NCBI RefSeq assembly: GCF_009914755.1
Contig: NC_060947.1
DNA from: the human T2T-CHM13v2.0 reference genome, Homo sapiens
Length of the DNA stretch: 64,000 nucleotides
Direction: 5' to 3' (one strand)
Shown here: piece by piece, positions 1 through 19,450 of the stretch
How positions within the stretch are numbered: position 1 is the stretch's first letter
How the letters are laid out: each line of letters opens with the position of its first letter
Program-made: the position numbers and the translations under genes
The notes under the pieces: generated by a model
Told to the model about the DNA's origin: nothing
Seen by the model: the letters and a program-made list of their open reading frames with translations, nothing else
Databases searched by the model: none

Positions 1-3390
<3,390 letters not shown>

Positions 3391-5225
3391 CATTATTATA
3401 TAACCTGATATTAGTCCCAGTGTACTTCATTTCATCCTGTTATTTAGTCATATTAACTGTCTGTTTTTTTTTTAAGTAAAAGGTGGTGTAACCGCATGTT
3501 CTTTCATGTTCAAGTTAATGAACCCCCCCTTCAAAATCCACTGGAATACTAAAAGTATATTACATATAATCCCCAGTATTTAATTTGGTAAGTAACATAT
3601 ATTCACCAGGCTTGAAAGATGCTCCAATGTAAATAATAAGTATGAATAATATTTCTCATTATAGATTTTTTATAGTTATGAGGAAAATAAAATAATATTA
3701 CAATACCATTTCGTGAAAAAAGTAGATAGGTTTTCGTGGAAAACCTATACGTAATGTGGAAGTATGAGCATTATACATCAATACTTGGTGCAGGGCTCTA
3801 AACGGAAATACGGTTCAGCTTTGTCAAATAAATAGTAAGGAGCAAATTGCACCTACTCAGTTGACAATGCCAACTTCAGCTTCATCACTCAGCAACCAAT
3901 CTGTGTGCCATTCAGATTAGTGACAGACATCCAAATTCTGACAGACATTGAAATGAAACTTTAAAATATCCAGTAAATGAAATGAAATGCAAAGGCAACA
4001 GTACATCAGGTTGGGTAATGGAATACAAGAACCCATTCAGTAATTAGCTCTTTCTGGCAGTAATTAGCTCTTTCTGTCAGCAATTCTGAGCACTTCCCAA
4101 GAGCCAGGCATTGAGCTAGGAGTTGCAGAGATAAAGTTTTTGTACCTGAGGGACTCCTGAAATACCACCAGGCAAATCTGCTCTAATGATGGTGCACCGG
4201 CAGTGAGCTTGACCAAAGGCATCTGCCCAGTAGAAGAGCATCAGTCTGACCAGCCACTGTTTCTGTTCTTCGAAAAAGTGGCCACAAGTTTTCTGAGGAA
4301 TGGAGCCATGGGAATATAACTGGTGCCATGTGACGTGGTATTTTGTGAAGAAACCAGGACACTTCATGAAAGATGAGGCGAGAGTATGTTCACATGTTCA
4401 TTATTAAAAGCATGAACTTTTTTTTCCCTATTGTCCATTAAAAGTGTATTCAACACATATTCGTTGCAACGTAGGACACCACAAAACTGAACAAGAAGGA
4501 TTCCAAGCCCTACGTATCCCATATCCAGTGGAAGATAGAGATATGCTACTATAAATCAAAACACCATTAAATATATCTTTGAATCAGGTAGTTCAAGATT
4601 TCATTCTTAGCCTAGGTCATTTCTTACTGTGTTGTTGTGTAGAGTCATGATCTGACTCCAGTTTTAGTTTGCTTTTTATTATTTTGTTTTAATTTAGCTG
4701 TATCTTTCTCTCTTGTGCCATTCCTAATTCCCCAAACCTGCTGGTTTTCTTTGTATCTATAATTCTGATTGCTTTAGCTCAGAATGGACCAGCACTACTT
4801 GTTTCTGTCAACCTTCTTTGCCCATGAAAACTTCTCAGAGGCTCTCCCTGGTGAAGATTTTCCAGAGTGAATCAAAACACACCACTCTTTTGTGTTCCTG
4901 TATTTTTTCAGTTTTAAGTAATTTTTTTCTTCTTTAATTTGTTCCTCAAACTCAACCCAGAAGTCCTCTACAAAACAGAGCTCATCCTAATCTTCCTTGG
5001 ATGGCAACTGCCTAGCTCAGAAACACGCACATGGTAGCTGCCTAATATGTATTGGATGAAATGAAATAAATAAAATTATGAATTGATGGCTGTTTATACC
5101 AAATATATTACCAAATGCTCATTTGCCTGGGGCTATTCGGGGTGTTTTATTTACGTCAATACAGTAATCCTTTAACATGAGATTCAAACATGTTGCAGAA
5201 AGGGCAATAAACCTAATATTTGTTT

Positions 5226-5343
5226 TTCTTTGGAAACAGGGTTTCCCACCATTGCCCAGATTGGTCTCAAACTTCTGGCTCAAGTGATCCTCCCACCTGA
5301 GCCCCCTAAGTAGTTAGCAGTATAGGTACATGCCACTAAACCT
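5226..5343 (-). mobile_element. Old Alu monomer (FLAM/AluJ-like)
   Basis: gaaacagggtttcccaccattgcccagattggtctcaaacttctggctcaagtgatcctcccacctgagcc is a diverged antisense Alu monomer. Confidence 0.75.
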
Positions 5344-5437
5344 CACTTTTGACTCCAGGTGTGTTCCTGGGGGGCTTGGTTGGGGTGGTGAATTTTGACA
5401 CTAATTTATATTCATAGAGCCATCCTATGAAATTAAG

Positions 5438-5694
5438 CAGGGGTCAGTAAACTAAACTTTTCTTAAATGGCCAGATAGTAAATATTTTTGGTTCTGTGCA
5501 TCATATGGTAAATGATTTTGGTTTTGCAGACTGGTCTCTCTCCCAACTACTCAATTACTGTTGTACCCCCCAAACAGCCGGACATGATATATAAATGACA
5601 TGTAAGCAAATGTGACCCTGTGCCAATAAAGTCTTATTTACAAAACCAGGAGGGGGCTGGATTTGGCCTGTGGGCCATAGTTTGCAGACCCCTG
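5438..5694 (+). mobile_element. MER58A-like hAT-Charlie DNA transposon fossil
   Basis: Terminal inverted ends CAGGGGTC...GACCCCTG. Internal ggccagatagtaaatattttt and gtgccaataaa...tatttacaaaa...ggatttggcctgtgggccatagtttgc. Confidence 0.8.
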
Positions 5695-6357
5695 AGAAAG
5701 AGGAATTGGTATACACTGAAGACGAAAAAACCAGCGCTCAAAAATACTAAGAATTGTATCCAGTTTCACATAATTCAAAGAGTGAAGGTGAAATTTAATC
5801 CCAGGGCCATCCCATGCCAAACTTCTGTTTCCATCACCATGTACTGAGTCTTACAGAGCACCCATTTATATGGTTTAATAATTAAGACACCAAAAATTTC
5901 CTTAGGCCCCAAATTTCTCCCTCATCCACTCACTGAATTTAGAGGTTGCATACATAGAAATTCTGCCCTTTGATGCAAGACTTTTCTGCTTTCTGAATTT
6001 CAAATAGCCCTCTGAGAGATAAAAGGGTAAGCTGTGTTGATTTTATGCCTATAAACAATGTGTTATCGAAACTCTTCTAATAAAAGCAGTGAGGTTTGCA
6101 TTCTTGGGCAGGTGAGAGGAAGACAGAAAGATGAGATGGAGAGAACATGCCCAACCTGCGGTAAGACAAGATCAGTCAAGGAAAGCTGTGGACCCCAGAA
6201 GATAATCTACATCAACTCAATTTTTCCTGACACTGGCATGCCCAATGAATTGTCTATCCAACGGACCAGATGAAAGGAAAATAAAAACGCACATTTGTTA
6301 GATTCGCATTTAGGCTATTTTAGCTTAAAGAGTTCAAATCAATGTGTGGATAACTGA

Positions 6358-6901
<544 letters not shown>

Positions 6902-7003
6902 TAGGACAGATAATCAGTTTAGATAGATACTGTGTTTAGATACTAGGTTTAAGCTCAATGTCAATCTTGTCTTCCTACTTGCTTTATATCCTAGGCAAAC
7001 TTT

Positions 7004-7319
7004 TTCTTTCTTTCTTTCTTTTTTTTGTTTTTTAAACAGAGTCTCACTCTGTCGCCCAAGCTGTAGTGGAGTGCACTGGCATGATCTCGGCTCACTGCAA
7101 CCTCCGCCTCCCGGGTTCAAGCCATTCTCGTGCCTCAGCCTCCTGAGTAGCTGGGACTACAGGCACGCATCACCATGGCCGGCTAATTTTTGTATTTTTA
7201 GTAGAGATGGGGTTTTACCATGTTGGCCAGGCTGGTCTTGAACTCCTGACCTCAAGTGATCTGCCCATCTTGGCCTCCCAAAGTGCTGGGATTACAGGCG
7301 TGAGCTACCGCGCCCAGCC
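7004..7319 (-). mobile_element. AluS (Sx/Sz-like)
   Basis: Full dimer. TSD ctaggcaaacttt at 6991-7003 and 7320-7332. Confidence 0.93.
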
Positions 7320-8789
7320 CTAGGCAAACTTTAGTATTTAATTATAGATGTAAAAACATATTTTTATATATCTTAAGATTGAACCATTGTTGCTTTATTA
7401 AAATGATTCAAGAAGAGAAATCCACCAACAATTAGTGTTGCTGACACACGCCATGGGTAAAAAACAGATAAGGTGCATACTACAATGCTAGCAGTATGAC
7501 CCTGACTTTATAAGAATGTCTCCTCCACTTTCAGTAATAAGCAAAAATGGAATATCATATCTACAATATTCTGAAAAAGTTATGATGTCTGATTTACACT
7601 CGATAGTCATAGAAATTAAGAAAATAAAATATGTACACTATTTTTCAAAGATCCAAGTTTTGATTAATTTTATAGATCATCAAGAGATTCAGAGTATTTT
7701 CTCTCCCATCTATTCTTGTTCTGGAGAGCCAGAAAATAATTCCAGTTCCATGAGGCAACTATAAAACATTTGGAACCTGTCAAACTTGAAAATATTCCTC
7801 CTGCCTTCAAAGAAGCAAGCTACCTTTCCATTAAAGACAATGTTATATCATACTTCCTTCAAGGGATTGTTTCATAAAACTGCATGAACATTCAGCCTTC
7901 ACTTGAATAGAAATGTTTATCATTAAAACACCTAGCAGCCTGCAGACCTGGAAAAATATAATTCAAAAAGTAATTTATATAGTGACATTTACTACTCTCC
8001 TTCCTATAAAATGTAATTTCCCTTGCTTATACTGTAACGTTGTAATTATTCTTTACTTCTAGTTGGTTCATGATGAAATATATAATGTTCTTATAAAAGT
8101 CACAGACTAGTGTTTATGAGATTATATATCAACACTGGGATATAAAATCCTGACAAACATTCAACTGTATCCTACATAATCCGTTGAAAAGTCAATCTCT
8201 TCTGTGGAATCACCTGAGACCCAAACAATGTGTGTTACTATAGGTACTTTGCACTATGACTTCTTTTTTCTTACTTTTCTTTTATTCCTTTTCTAATCTA
8301 TGTAAGAGGAATCAGTCCTGAGAATAAAGTGGTCTTTGATAGGTTAACTACCATATCTCTTAATTAACTACCCTATCTTTTAATTGGTCAGCTAAAGTAT
8401 TACCTAGTTTTAAAAGATAATTAGCAAAGGACCTTAACACAGGGAATCAACCGGTCAAATAGATTTCTTTCATTTAACTGCCTGTTTTGTTCATTTAACT
8501 GCCATAATTCTAGTGTCTCCCCACCTGGCTAAAAACTCTCACTGGTAAAGATAATTCCTTTGGAATAGTCAACCAAGTGAAAACACAAACTCTTGGAGGA
8601 CACAGTTAAAATATGCAAATGGCTTGTAAAAGATGTCCAACCTTGGTTGTTCCAAGATGACACCAAAAGCCATTTCTTTCTCTCTTCCCCTTTAGTATTT
8701 ATGACCGTAGCAGATGAAAGCTTAAGAAAGCTGTCGTGTTAGAGTGTGGCACAGAGCTGGTTGAATGGAAAGACAGTTGCATTCAGCTG

Positions 8790-9560
8790 AGTTGCAGTCA
8801 ATTTACTGAGCTCTTACTATGTTCCTGGAAAATTCAAGAAACCTGTGGGTCCTGAAATAATTGCAGGACCTAGAAACAAACTGAAGTGAACAGAAAGTGG
8901 TAAAAGGAAGTCTCCCAAGTTTCTGGTCAGTAGTAACCTCAATGGAGACCAGAGATACATGAGAACATCGAGCTTTGTAAGTGGAGGGAGTGAGTTCAAT
9001 GTGGAGTATGTTGAGGTTGAGATGCCTGTGTGACATTCAGATACAGGGAATGACAGGCTACAGACATCTGGTATTAGTGGAGAAATCAAGGCTGGAGCTG
9101 AGTCATTGAGAATGGACCATGAGTAGGTAGTGACTAAGTTGTCAGAGCAGATAAGGTAGAACCCTGGAGAGCTCCAATGTCCAAGAGCCGGATGGAGGCA
9201 GGAGATCCTACAAGGAAACTGAGGTATGAGAAAAATTAAGACATCTGGGAGTCAAACATACAAGGGTCAAGATGTAACAATGGGGAAAGTGTAGTTAAAC
9301 AAGGACAAACTCATCAGAAATGGTCAATAAAATTACAATGGAAAACATCCATCAGACTTAGAAATTAGCAGGGGCAGATTTGGTGGAAAAGTGAGATTGA
9401 AAAATAGATTGCAGAAACTTGAGAAAAAATGTGGAAAGGAGAAAGATAAGATGGTAGCTAGAATGAAACCAGCATCAATGAAAGGTTTGCTTTAGAACTG
9501 GAAGCTGAGCAGATCAAGCCAGTGGAGAGGAATAGGCTGAGGTTGTAGGCAAATGAGGGA
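8790..9560 (-). mobile_element. L2 fragments
   Basis: atttactgagctcttactatgttcctgg and gagttcaatgtggagtatgttgaggttgagatgcctgtgtgacat resemble reverse-strand L2. Boundaries approximate. Confidence 0.6.
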
Positions 9561-9815
9561 ATAACTAATTAACTTGGTTTCAAAAATATTTTTGTTGCCG
9601 TGTTTATATGCCAGGGATTATGACGGATACTGTGACCACATATGTAGATAATCCATGGTCTCTGATGTAGATGAGATTTGACTTCAGTGGATGCAGGTAT
9701 CTGAGTTGGGGAGGAATGGGTCTAGAAACTGCATGGTGAAGTCCACCACATGCAGAAGGAAGGGTGCCTCCACCTTAGAATACAGAAGACAGGAGAAGAT
9801 AAACATGGACATAAG

Positions 9816-9970
9816 AATAGATATGTTTATATTTATGGGGAACCGCATGGCTTACTGAGAGGAAGGGATTTAGACTAGACTGTGTACTCCATGTAATAGA
9901 TATGTTTATATTTATGGGGAACCGCATGGCTTACTGAGAGGAAGGGATTTAGGGACTGTGCACTCCATGT
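9816..9970. repeat. Tandem duplication, 2 x ~79 bp
   Basis: 9816-9873 and 9895-9952 are identical over 58 nt (aatagatatgtttatatttatggggaaccgcatggcttactgagaggaagggatttag). The unit ends differ slightly. Confidence 0.95.
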
Positions 9971-10649
9971 GCAATGTGGCTCAAAGGAGAGAAAAAGGTT
10001 TATAATCATACTTGAGAGGGTAGCAGAAGAAGCTAATTAAAGAATATCTCCCTGAGTTACAGGGTTGTGTGGGGATGCCCCAGGAAGGGTGAAGAAGCTG
10101 TGGATATGCTACAGAGATCCAGGGTTCCATAAAAGTTTTGTCTGTGGGCTGGACCATGACAAGGCTCTAGATAATGTAACCTCAACAAGGACAAGTTGAA
10201 GTCGGACTTTTTTTCTCCTTGCTTTTGGTTCTGGAAATTAACAGATATTAAATTATGGGAATTTGCAATCCCATACCAGTTTCTAATGGGGAAAGAATGT
10301 TGTTTATTGGAAGAACCAGGAGACTAAAAGACATGCTTATTTTATACAATAGATGAAATCTCCACCACCAGTAGAGAAAGACAGCTCTTGCATGAAGCTG
10401 AAGTTTAAAGGATTTTGGCCTGAGAAGGGGGTTGGTAAGGAATATAGAAGAATATAGTGAAGGATGAAGTTTTGGGGAAAGAGAGAATTGAAGATAACTA
10501 GGTAGCTGTCTTGAGAGTGGAACTCCAAAAAGAGAGAGATCTGTAACTACGCTGATATTTTCTAAAGAAAACTTTGACTGCTCTTTACAAAGAATAGATA
10601 TTTAAGAAAGAGCAGAAACATAATACTAATTAGGAGACTATTTCAATTT

Positions 10650-11060
10650 ATAGGAAAGAAAAGACAATAGCGTGAACAAGCGAAAGAACTGGACAGATTC
10701 CATATGGAATTTAAAATTAGAGACAAAAGGACTTTCTGAAGAATTGAATTTCTGGAGAGAAAAAACAGAGAAAAATGAAGAATGACTTCTGCATGTTTGG
10801 CTTGAGCAAAAGGGTGAATGTTGGTGCCATTTACTGAGATAGGCGAGCCCAGGAGAGGAACAGGTATGGGCGAAAATCCAGAGCTTGTGTTTGAACGTTT
10901 TATTTGAAATATCTGCAAGCCATCCAAGGGGAGGTGCTAAGTGGGTGGCTGAATGCAGGACTCTGGAGTTCAAAGAGTGGTCAGGGTGGGAGGGCAGGGA
11001 GTCATTAGCACACAGATGGTGGTTAAATCCTTGCAACTCAATGAGACCTCCAGGGGAGAG
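10650..11060 (-). mobile_element. L2 fragment
   Basis: ttggtgccatttactgagatagg...tttgaaatatctgcaagccatccaaggggagg...gagtcattagcacacagatggtggttaaa is typical reverse-strand L2. Confidence 0.7.
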
Positions 11061-11258
11061 ACCAGTGGCCCATCCACCTTCATTCTTTCCTCACGCTGAG
11101 TTCTCTGCCCATGCAATGCGCTTCTCTAACTCTCTACACTCATCCACGCTGCTGCGTTTGTGTGGAATGATGTCCATTCCTTGTGGGCCTGCAGATCGCT
11201 CACTCTTCAGGACTTCATGAGGGATGATGTGACTCTCATTCCCCAACTCCATGTTGGT

Positions 11259-11410
11259 CATTTCTGCTTCCACTGTTTCCTGTAGTTCTGTCTGTATGCA
11301 ACACACAGATCTTTGTTATTATTTTACATATTTATCTCCCAAATTCAAAATTAGGCACTTTTAAGGCAGAAACCAAAATACATCATCGTGCTAGGAATAA
11401 TGTATGTGTG
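11259..11410. repeat. Left arm of a local inverted duplication (partner 12478-12612 plus 12921-12945)
   Basis: Reverse complement reads acattattcctagcacgatgatgtattttggtttctgccttaaaagtgcctaattttgaatttgggagataaatatgtaaaa...gaactacaggaaacagtggaagcagaaat and aligns to the partner. Confidence 0.85.
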
Positions 11411-11630
11411 TGTATATATGTGTGTGTGTGTGTGTGTATGAGTATGTATGTGTGTATAGTTATGTGCGTGTTTGTGTATATTTGTAGACACATGTGTATA
11501 TGTATGCATATGTGTACATATATACCTATGTGCATACTATTTATAGAAAATTATGGAACATATTGCTATACAGTACGTATATATAGTGTATATAGTGTAT
11601 TACAGTATATAGTGTATATATAATATAGTA
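11401..11630. repeat. (TG/TA)-rich low-complexity tract
   Basis: Visible tgtatgtgtg/tatata runs. It appears to interrupt a plus-strand L2 3' end that finishes at ...tggatgaatgga (~11706). Confidence 0.9.
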
Positions 11631-12503
11631 TTCCTGGCATTAGACACAGTGATGTCATAATTCATAGGCACACAATTTCAATGCGATGGGTAGATGGATG
11701 AATGGATTAAAAATGAATGAGGTTACTAAACATATTTCCATGAGAACTTTTAGGTAAAATTTATATTGTACCGAGACTCACATAAAAATTGACCATTTCA
11801 AGTCCATTTAATCTCCAAAGAGACTATTTCTCAAACAGATAGAAATCTCTGTTTCTGGACCATTTTTTGAAGCATTATTTCAAACAAACCTGCCCATTTG
11901 GATCCTACGTTTTCCCAGGGGTGGAAGGTAATTATGAGCAACCCCTGTGTCTCACTCTGCAGGACCAGCATTGCCTTTCCTAAATTCAGACAAATGTTTA
12001 ACACATTCTTCTTCTCCTTCTGAACAAGGCCCACTGTCCTGATCAAAGGCAGCTATGATGACGGGGTCCTGCTAGCCTAAAAAATCAACATCGGAGGAGC
12101 CCCTGCGACAAACGCCTCCTCCCTCCTACTCTCATTTAATTTGTCCCAGTTTCCTGAAACCTTGCTAGGAGCCCCTGCATGGCAGTTCTAACCGGTATCG
12201 ACGTTTGAACAAAGCCAGAAACATCAAGTAACTTATTCTCTAAGATATGAGTGTCATATAAGAAAGACTCTTCTATTGTTTTGCTCAGTTCCCAGCAAAC
12301 ATACTAACATACTAGGTAAGAAAAAAAGAAACAAGGAAAAGCAATATGAGAATGATTTAGTAACTTCACTCAATGGAGTATTAAGTAACCTTTCAAGCAG
12401 TAATTATGACCACTGTGTAGTACTAGGAAAAACAGGCATGCCACACCACTTTTTGTGCCCCCTATCCACTCGCGTACATACAAACACATTATTCTCAGTA
12501 CTA

Positions 12504-12953
<450 letters not shown>

Positions 12954-13305
12954 TTATAACAGTTTAACTGTACGTAATCTCCTGAAAAACAAGTATGCAG
13001 AATGCATATGTGCACGTCATGTAAACATAAAAACAGTCAATCTGTTAAAATGAGACACAATAAGTTTTCTTAAATTTCCATTACAACACCAAAATTGCAC
13101 CTACAATAGATAAAAACCATAAGAAAGAATTCAAAAGTCAAACTGTTTCGTATGTCGTAGTTTAAATACTTTAGTCACATGCATGTGGGTAAGAAGATTT
13201 GCCATATAATTATTCCAAATCAAAAACTCACTCTCCCTCCATTGTGCCTTGTTGTGATATGGCGCCCATCATGTCACAATCATCTTGAAAAACATGACAC
13301 AGTCA

Positions 13306-13455
<150 letters not shown>

Positions 13456-13630
13456 CTAGAAATTAAGAGAATATACCCAAAATGCGTTACAAACCTTCCA
13501 CGTCTCTCATCTTCATTGCAAAATCTCGTGTGTCATTATGAAGCATGCCAACTTCTGATTTCTTTTACCAACTTTTCTATATCTTTGGGATCTGAAAATT
13601 CAGTTTTACTACTGATCAAAATAAACTTCA

Positions 13631-13924
13631 GGCCAGGTGCGGTGGCTCCTGACTGCAATCCCAGCACTTTGGGAGCCCGAGGTGGGAGGATCGCTTGAGC
13701 CCAGGAGTTTGAGACTACCTGGGCAACATAGCAAGACTGTCTCTACAAAAAAAATTAATTGGGCATGGTGGTGTGCACTTGTAGTTCCAGCTACTCAGGA
13801 GGCTGAGGTGAGAAGATTGAACCCAGGAGGTTGTGGCTGCAGTGAGCTGTGATCGCACCACTGCACTCCAGCCTGGGCAACAGAGTGAGACCCTGTCTCA
13901 AAAAATATAATGAAATAAAAAATA
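13631..13924 (+). mobile_element. AluJ
   Basis: gggaggatcgcttgagcccaggag is J-type. TSD aaaataaacttca at 13618-13630 and 13925-13937. Confidence 0.92.
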
Positions 13925-14439
13925 AAAATAAACTTCATAGAAAGGCCAAATGTATTTTGAAATACTGTTTCTAAACCAATTATTGGTCTCAGATACCATG
14001 GAAATAAATCATTCTGAGCCCTCGCCACTCTGAGACACCACCTCTCGAAGGAAAGGGAGCTGTTTATAATAAAGTAACAGAGATCTATGTTGCCACATAC
14101 ATGGAAAAATTATGAATTGGCACTAATTGCAATTCTTTGATATCTGTTCTAAATTTTCTAGGAGCAAATTTCCACCAAAAGCTATACAAAAGAAAAATTA
14201 ACTTGACAAAATGCTTCAAGGTGCTTCATTATTTTCTGTCATAATGTATTGGGCAGGGGGCTGGAGGGTGGGACCTGTCAGCATTTCATCATGTCACTTT
14301 TTGCTCTAGATTCCTAAGTGATTCCCCAATTTCAGCTCTTCCAGCTCATGCAATAAGTGTGCACTACCATTATCATTTGTAGCAAAATCCTTCAATATAA
14401 AAAATGGAACTGTCATAAAATTTCATAAAAATAAAGTGG

Positions 14440-14755
<316 letters not shown>

Positions 14756-15511
14756 CTAAATATCAATGATACCAACTTTTTGAGGCATGTTTTATAATTC
14801 TGAAGAGCACAGATATTGAAATCTTTAGCCTTGCTATCTTTTCATTTCTAAACATTTATTTATGGAATTCAACTTTATAAGTGATAGGAAAAGGTATTTA
14901 TGTAAATTTTATGACAAGATAAAGGAATGTATACTAAAAGGAATCCAAATAACTATTTTTATGCAGTAAGCATTTCAAATAATACAAGATGCTTGTTATC
15001 ATAAGAATCTCATTGCAGAAAATGGTTCAATGAAGATTTTATTTCTTGGCATCTGACGGATAAACCACTCCAGATCCTTTTAATCAATGAGAAGAACATA
15101 TTGTGAGACGTGGCCTTCCTAAGCTGTTACTGCTCAGTGATTAGATTACAGACGGAAACACTTCGCAACAGAAAAGCCATGAACATCCACTCTTCCATTT
15201 ACAAGGATCTCTCTCTCTCAAAAAAAAAAAAAAAAAACTTAAAAGTAAAGTACATTTTGCATAATATCATTTTCTATGGCCAGACAGGTAAGATGGGGAT
15301 CATTTAAACTGTTCCTTTGATTTCCAGAGTTCTGACTGACATTTAGATAGGAGTAGGTCAATGGTCTAAATGCAAATGCTTCTGCCTAAAATATAAAAGG
15401 CAAAACAGCCGGCATGCCCCTGCATTCTGTGAACTTCCTCGGTAGAAATGAATGGGAGGGAAGCTTTCCTGCATCCATGGCATCTCTCAGTTTAGCAGAG
15501 GCCTCTTTTCA

Positions 15512-16220
<709 letters not shown>

Positions 16221-17207
16221 AAAGCTGAAAACAAGCAGTTAAGTAAGATCTCCTTGTTAAGCCTCAAATTAAAAGATAGAGTATTAAACAGTAAGATAAA
16301 TTTGTTTGGTCCAAATTTGTAATACAGAAGGATCGTTTTAGGCATTTCCATACCACGGCAACCCAGCCAAATTTTTACTGTGCTGAAATTGACATATTTT
16401 AGTAAAATATAGTACAATTCAATGTGGGTGAATTGACATTAAATAGGTAAGCAACAAAGAATCACCTTTTAACACTCTGAAAAGAAAAAGAAATTCAGCT
16501 CATAAAAGCAATTGTTTTCATCTTCGTGCCCTGTAGCTAGCAATTCTTGCATCAGTTAAGAACAATAAAGGGAAATCAGAAAAGAAAAAAAATATAAAAA
16601 CCTGCACCATTTTTTATCCACATTGCACACTGGATGACTTATGGATAGCATTCATTTTTGTGATTGTACCATTTCTGGTTTGTCTTATTAACAAAAACCT
16701 TCTCAGCTGTCAAGAGAAAGATGAGGTGCTGGAATTACCACCTCACAAATCTCCACTGAAAATACATATATGAAGAAGATTAAATATACCAAAGCTGGAG
16801 GGTCTTTACTTCATTTTCTATTACAAATTGAGCAAGTGGAGATGCTGCTCACCACCAGTGATTTACAGAGGGTTTCATTTCAAGATGCCATCACGGGAAG
16901 ATGCTGTCAATAATTCTAATTATAGCACCATCTGTGTTGGAGGCTCAAAAAAGTAATATCTAACTTGATATACATGAAGAAGACTGGAGAAAAAAAATCC
17001 TTGTTTTTATTCTCAGTCATTTGTGGTTTTGGAATGATGGAAACATAACTTATTTTTTGAAATTTCTTGCTTTCCTCTATGATATATCATGTCTGGACAT
17101 TTAGTTAGGTTAGTTCCTTTATTTTCTAAAATAAGAAAGCTTCATAGTATTTTTTAGGTAAGAGGCTAATTGAAAGCATATTATGTGATACTGCTAGTCA
17201 AGTCATT

Positions 17208-17761
17208 TTTTTTTAAATTAACTTTTATTTTCAGTTCCAGGGTACATGTGCAGGCTTGTTACAGAGGTAAATATGTGCCATGGTGGTTTGCTGCACAAAT
17301 CAACCCATCACCTAGGTATTAAGCCCAGCAACCATTTAGCTGTTCTTCCTGATGCTCTACCTCCCCACCTCCCCCAAGCAGGCCCTGGTGTGTGTTGCTC
17401 CCCTCCATGTGTCCATGTGTTCTCATCCTTCGGCTCCCACTTAGAACTGAGAGCATGCAGTCTTTCGTTTTCTGTTCCTGCATTAGTTTGCTGAGGATAA
17501 TGGCTTCCAGCTCCATCCATGTCCCTGCAAAGGACATGATCTTGTTCCTTTTCATGGCTGCATAGTATTCCATGGTGGATATGTTCCACATTTTCTTTAT
17601 CCAGTCTACTGTTGATGGGCATTTGGGTTCATTCCATGTCTTTGCTATTGTGAATAGTGCTGCAATGTACACAAGTGTGCATGCATCTTTATAATAGAAT
17701 GATTTATATTCCTTTGGGTATATAACCAGTAATGAGATTGCTGGATCAAATGGTATTTCTG
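17208..17761 (-). mobile_element. 5'-truncated L1 3' end (older L1PA, roughly PA10-13)
   Basis: Reverse-strand L1 ORF2 C-terminus (WIKKMW...MEYYAA...FAGTWMELEAIILSKL) and 3' UTR. TSD agtcaagtcatt at 17196-17207 and 17762-17773. Sense to ANOS1. Confidence 0.93.
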
Positions 17762-18134
17762 AGTCAAGTCATTCTCAATCAACATCAGGAATCTCTGGAA
17801 TGTCCAAGACTTATACTGGGATATGCTGATTCCCTGAGTGCAGGTGGGACCCAGGATTATGTATATCTTATATGAAACACACAGGTAATATGAGGTAGAT
17901 GACCTGCAGGTCAAAAGTACTGCATCAGGTGGCTCCTATGAGGTCTGAACATCACATATGTAAGGAGGAAATGTATTTTTCCTGTCGTTATTGGAATGGG
18001 AAGCACCCCAATATGGAGGTCTGGCAGAGCCATGTGAGGACTCCCCCAGTCATCAATATTCACAACACTGCTGATCACTTCCTTCTCTAAGAAATGCAGG
18101 CTTCATTTGGTGTTCAGGACACTACTCTACTGGA

Positions 18135-18496
<362 letters not shown>

Positions 18497-19450
18497 TGAT
18501 CCTTAACATCTCATAATCTCTAGACAGGAGAGTGTTCTGCATCTGAATTCAGGGGCCTCTCTCTTCTCATCTACACTCACTCTCTAGGGATCTCATCAGG
18601 TGTCACAGTTTTAAAAAAATCTTTGTGCTGATAACTTTCAAATTGATATCTTTAACATAGACTATGCTCCTGAATGCAGATCCAATCATTCAAATATCAA
18701 TACTCAAAAAATACCTTCCAGTAGCTCCACTTGGAGGTCTCAGAGGCATTTCAAAACTAATGTGTCCCAAAGAAAAATCATGATCCCTATGCACAGCCCA
18801 CCACCAACACATATCCTACCACACACAGCCCACCACTGACACCCCCATCTCAGTACATGGGAATTGCTCTTTCCAGTTGCTCTGGCCCCAACCCTTGAAG
18901 TCATACATTTATTTTCCACTCATATCTCTTGAGCAAATTGTGTTAGCACTACCTTCAAAGTGTAACAGGAATTTAACTGCCTTTTACCACTTCCAATGCC
19001 CTGGGCCAAGTGCCAAGGGCTCTCCACTGCCTCCCTAGAGGTTTTTCTGAATACAGCAGTCTGATGATTCTATACTGCCAGACCATGTCACTCCTGTGCA
19101 CAGAATCTCCTTACTTAGGGTAAAAACCCAGGAGTCTCCTGAATGCCTTGCAACCCGTGCCTCAGTTACCTCCCAGAGCACCTTTCATTTTATCACCTCC
19201 ACCCCTCAGCCCAGCCACACTGGTTCCCATGCTGTTTCTTGGAGAGGAAAACCGCGATGCTACTGAGGCTTTTCCTCTCCCTTTGCCTAAACGCTTTCCC
19301 TGATGTCTCCACGGCTGGCTCCTTTCCTGCTGCAGGTGGTGACCCTATTTAAAATAGCTACATATGCTTTGCTCCATTTACCAAAAAAAAAAAAAAAAAG
19401 TCACCATGATTATGCCTTGCTTTATTATTCTCCAAGCCCTTATTACTAAC

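Noticed and set aside
12055-12210. CpG island or internal promoter
   Set aside because: Only a handful of CpGs and a short ggagcccctgc repeat over ~150 bp; too short and sparse to call from sequence.
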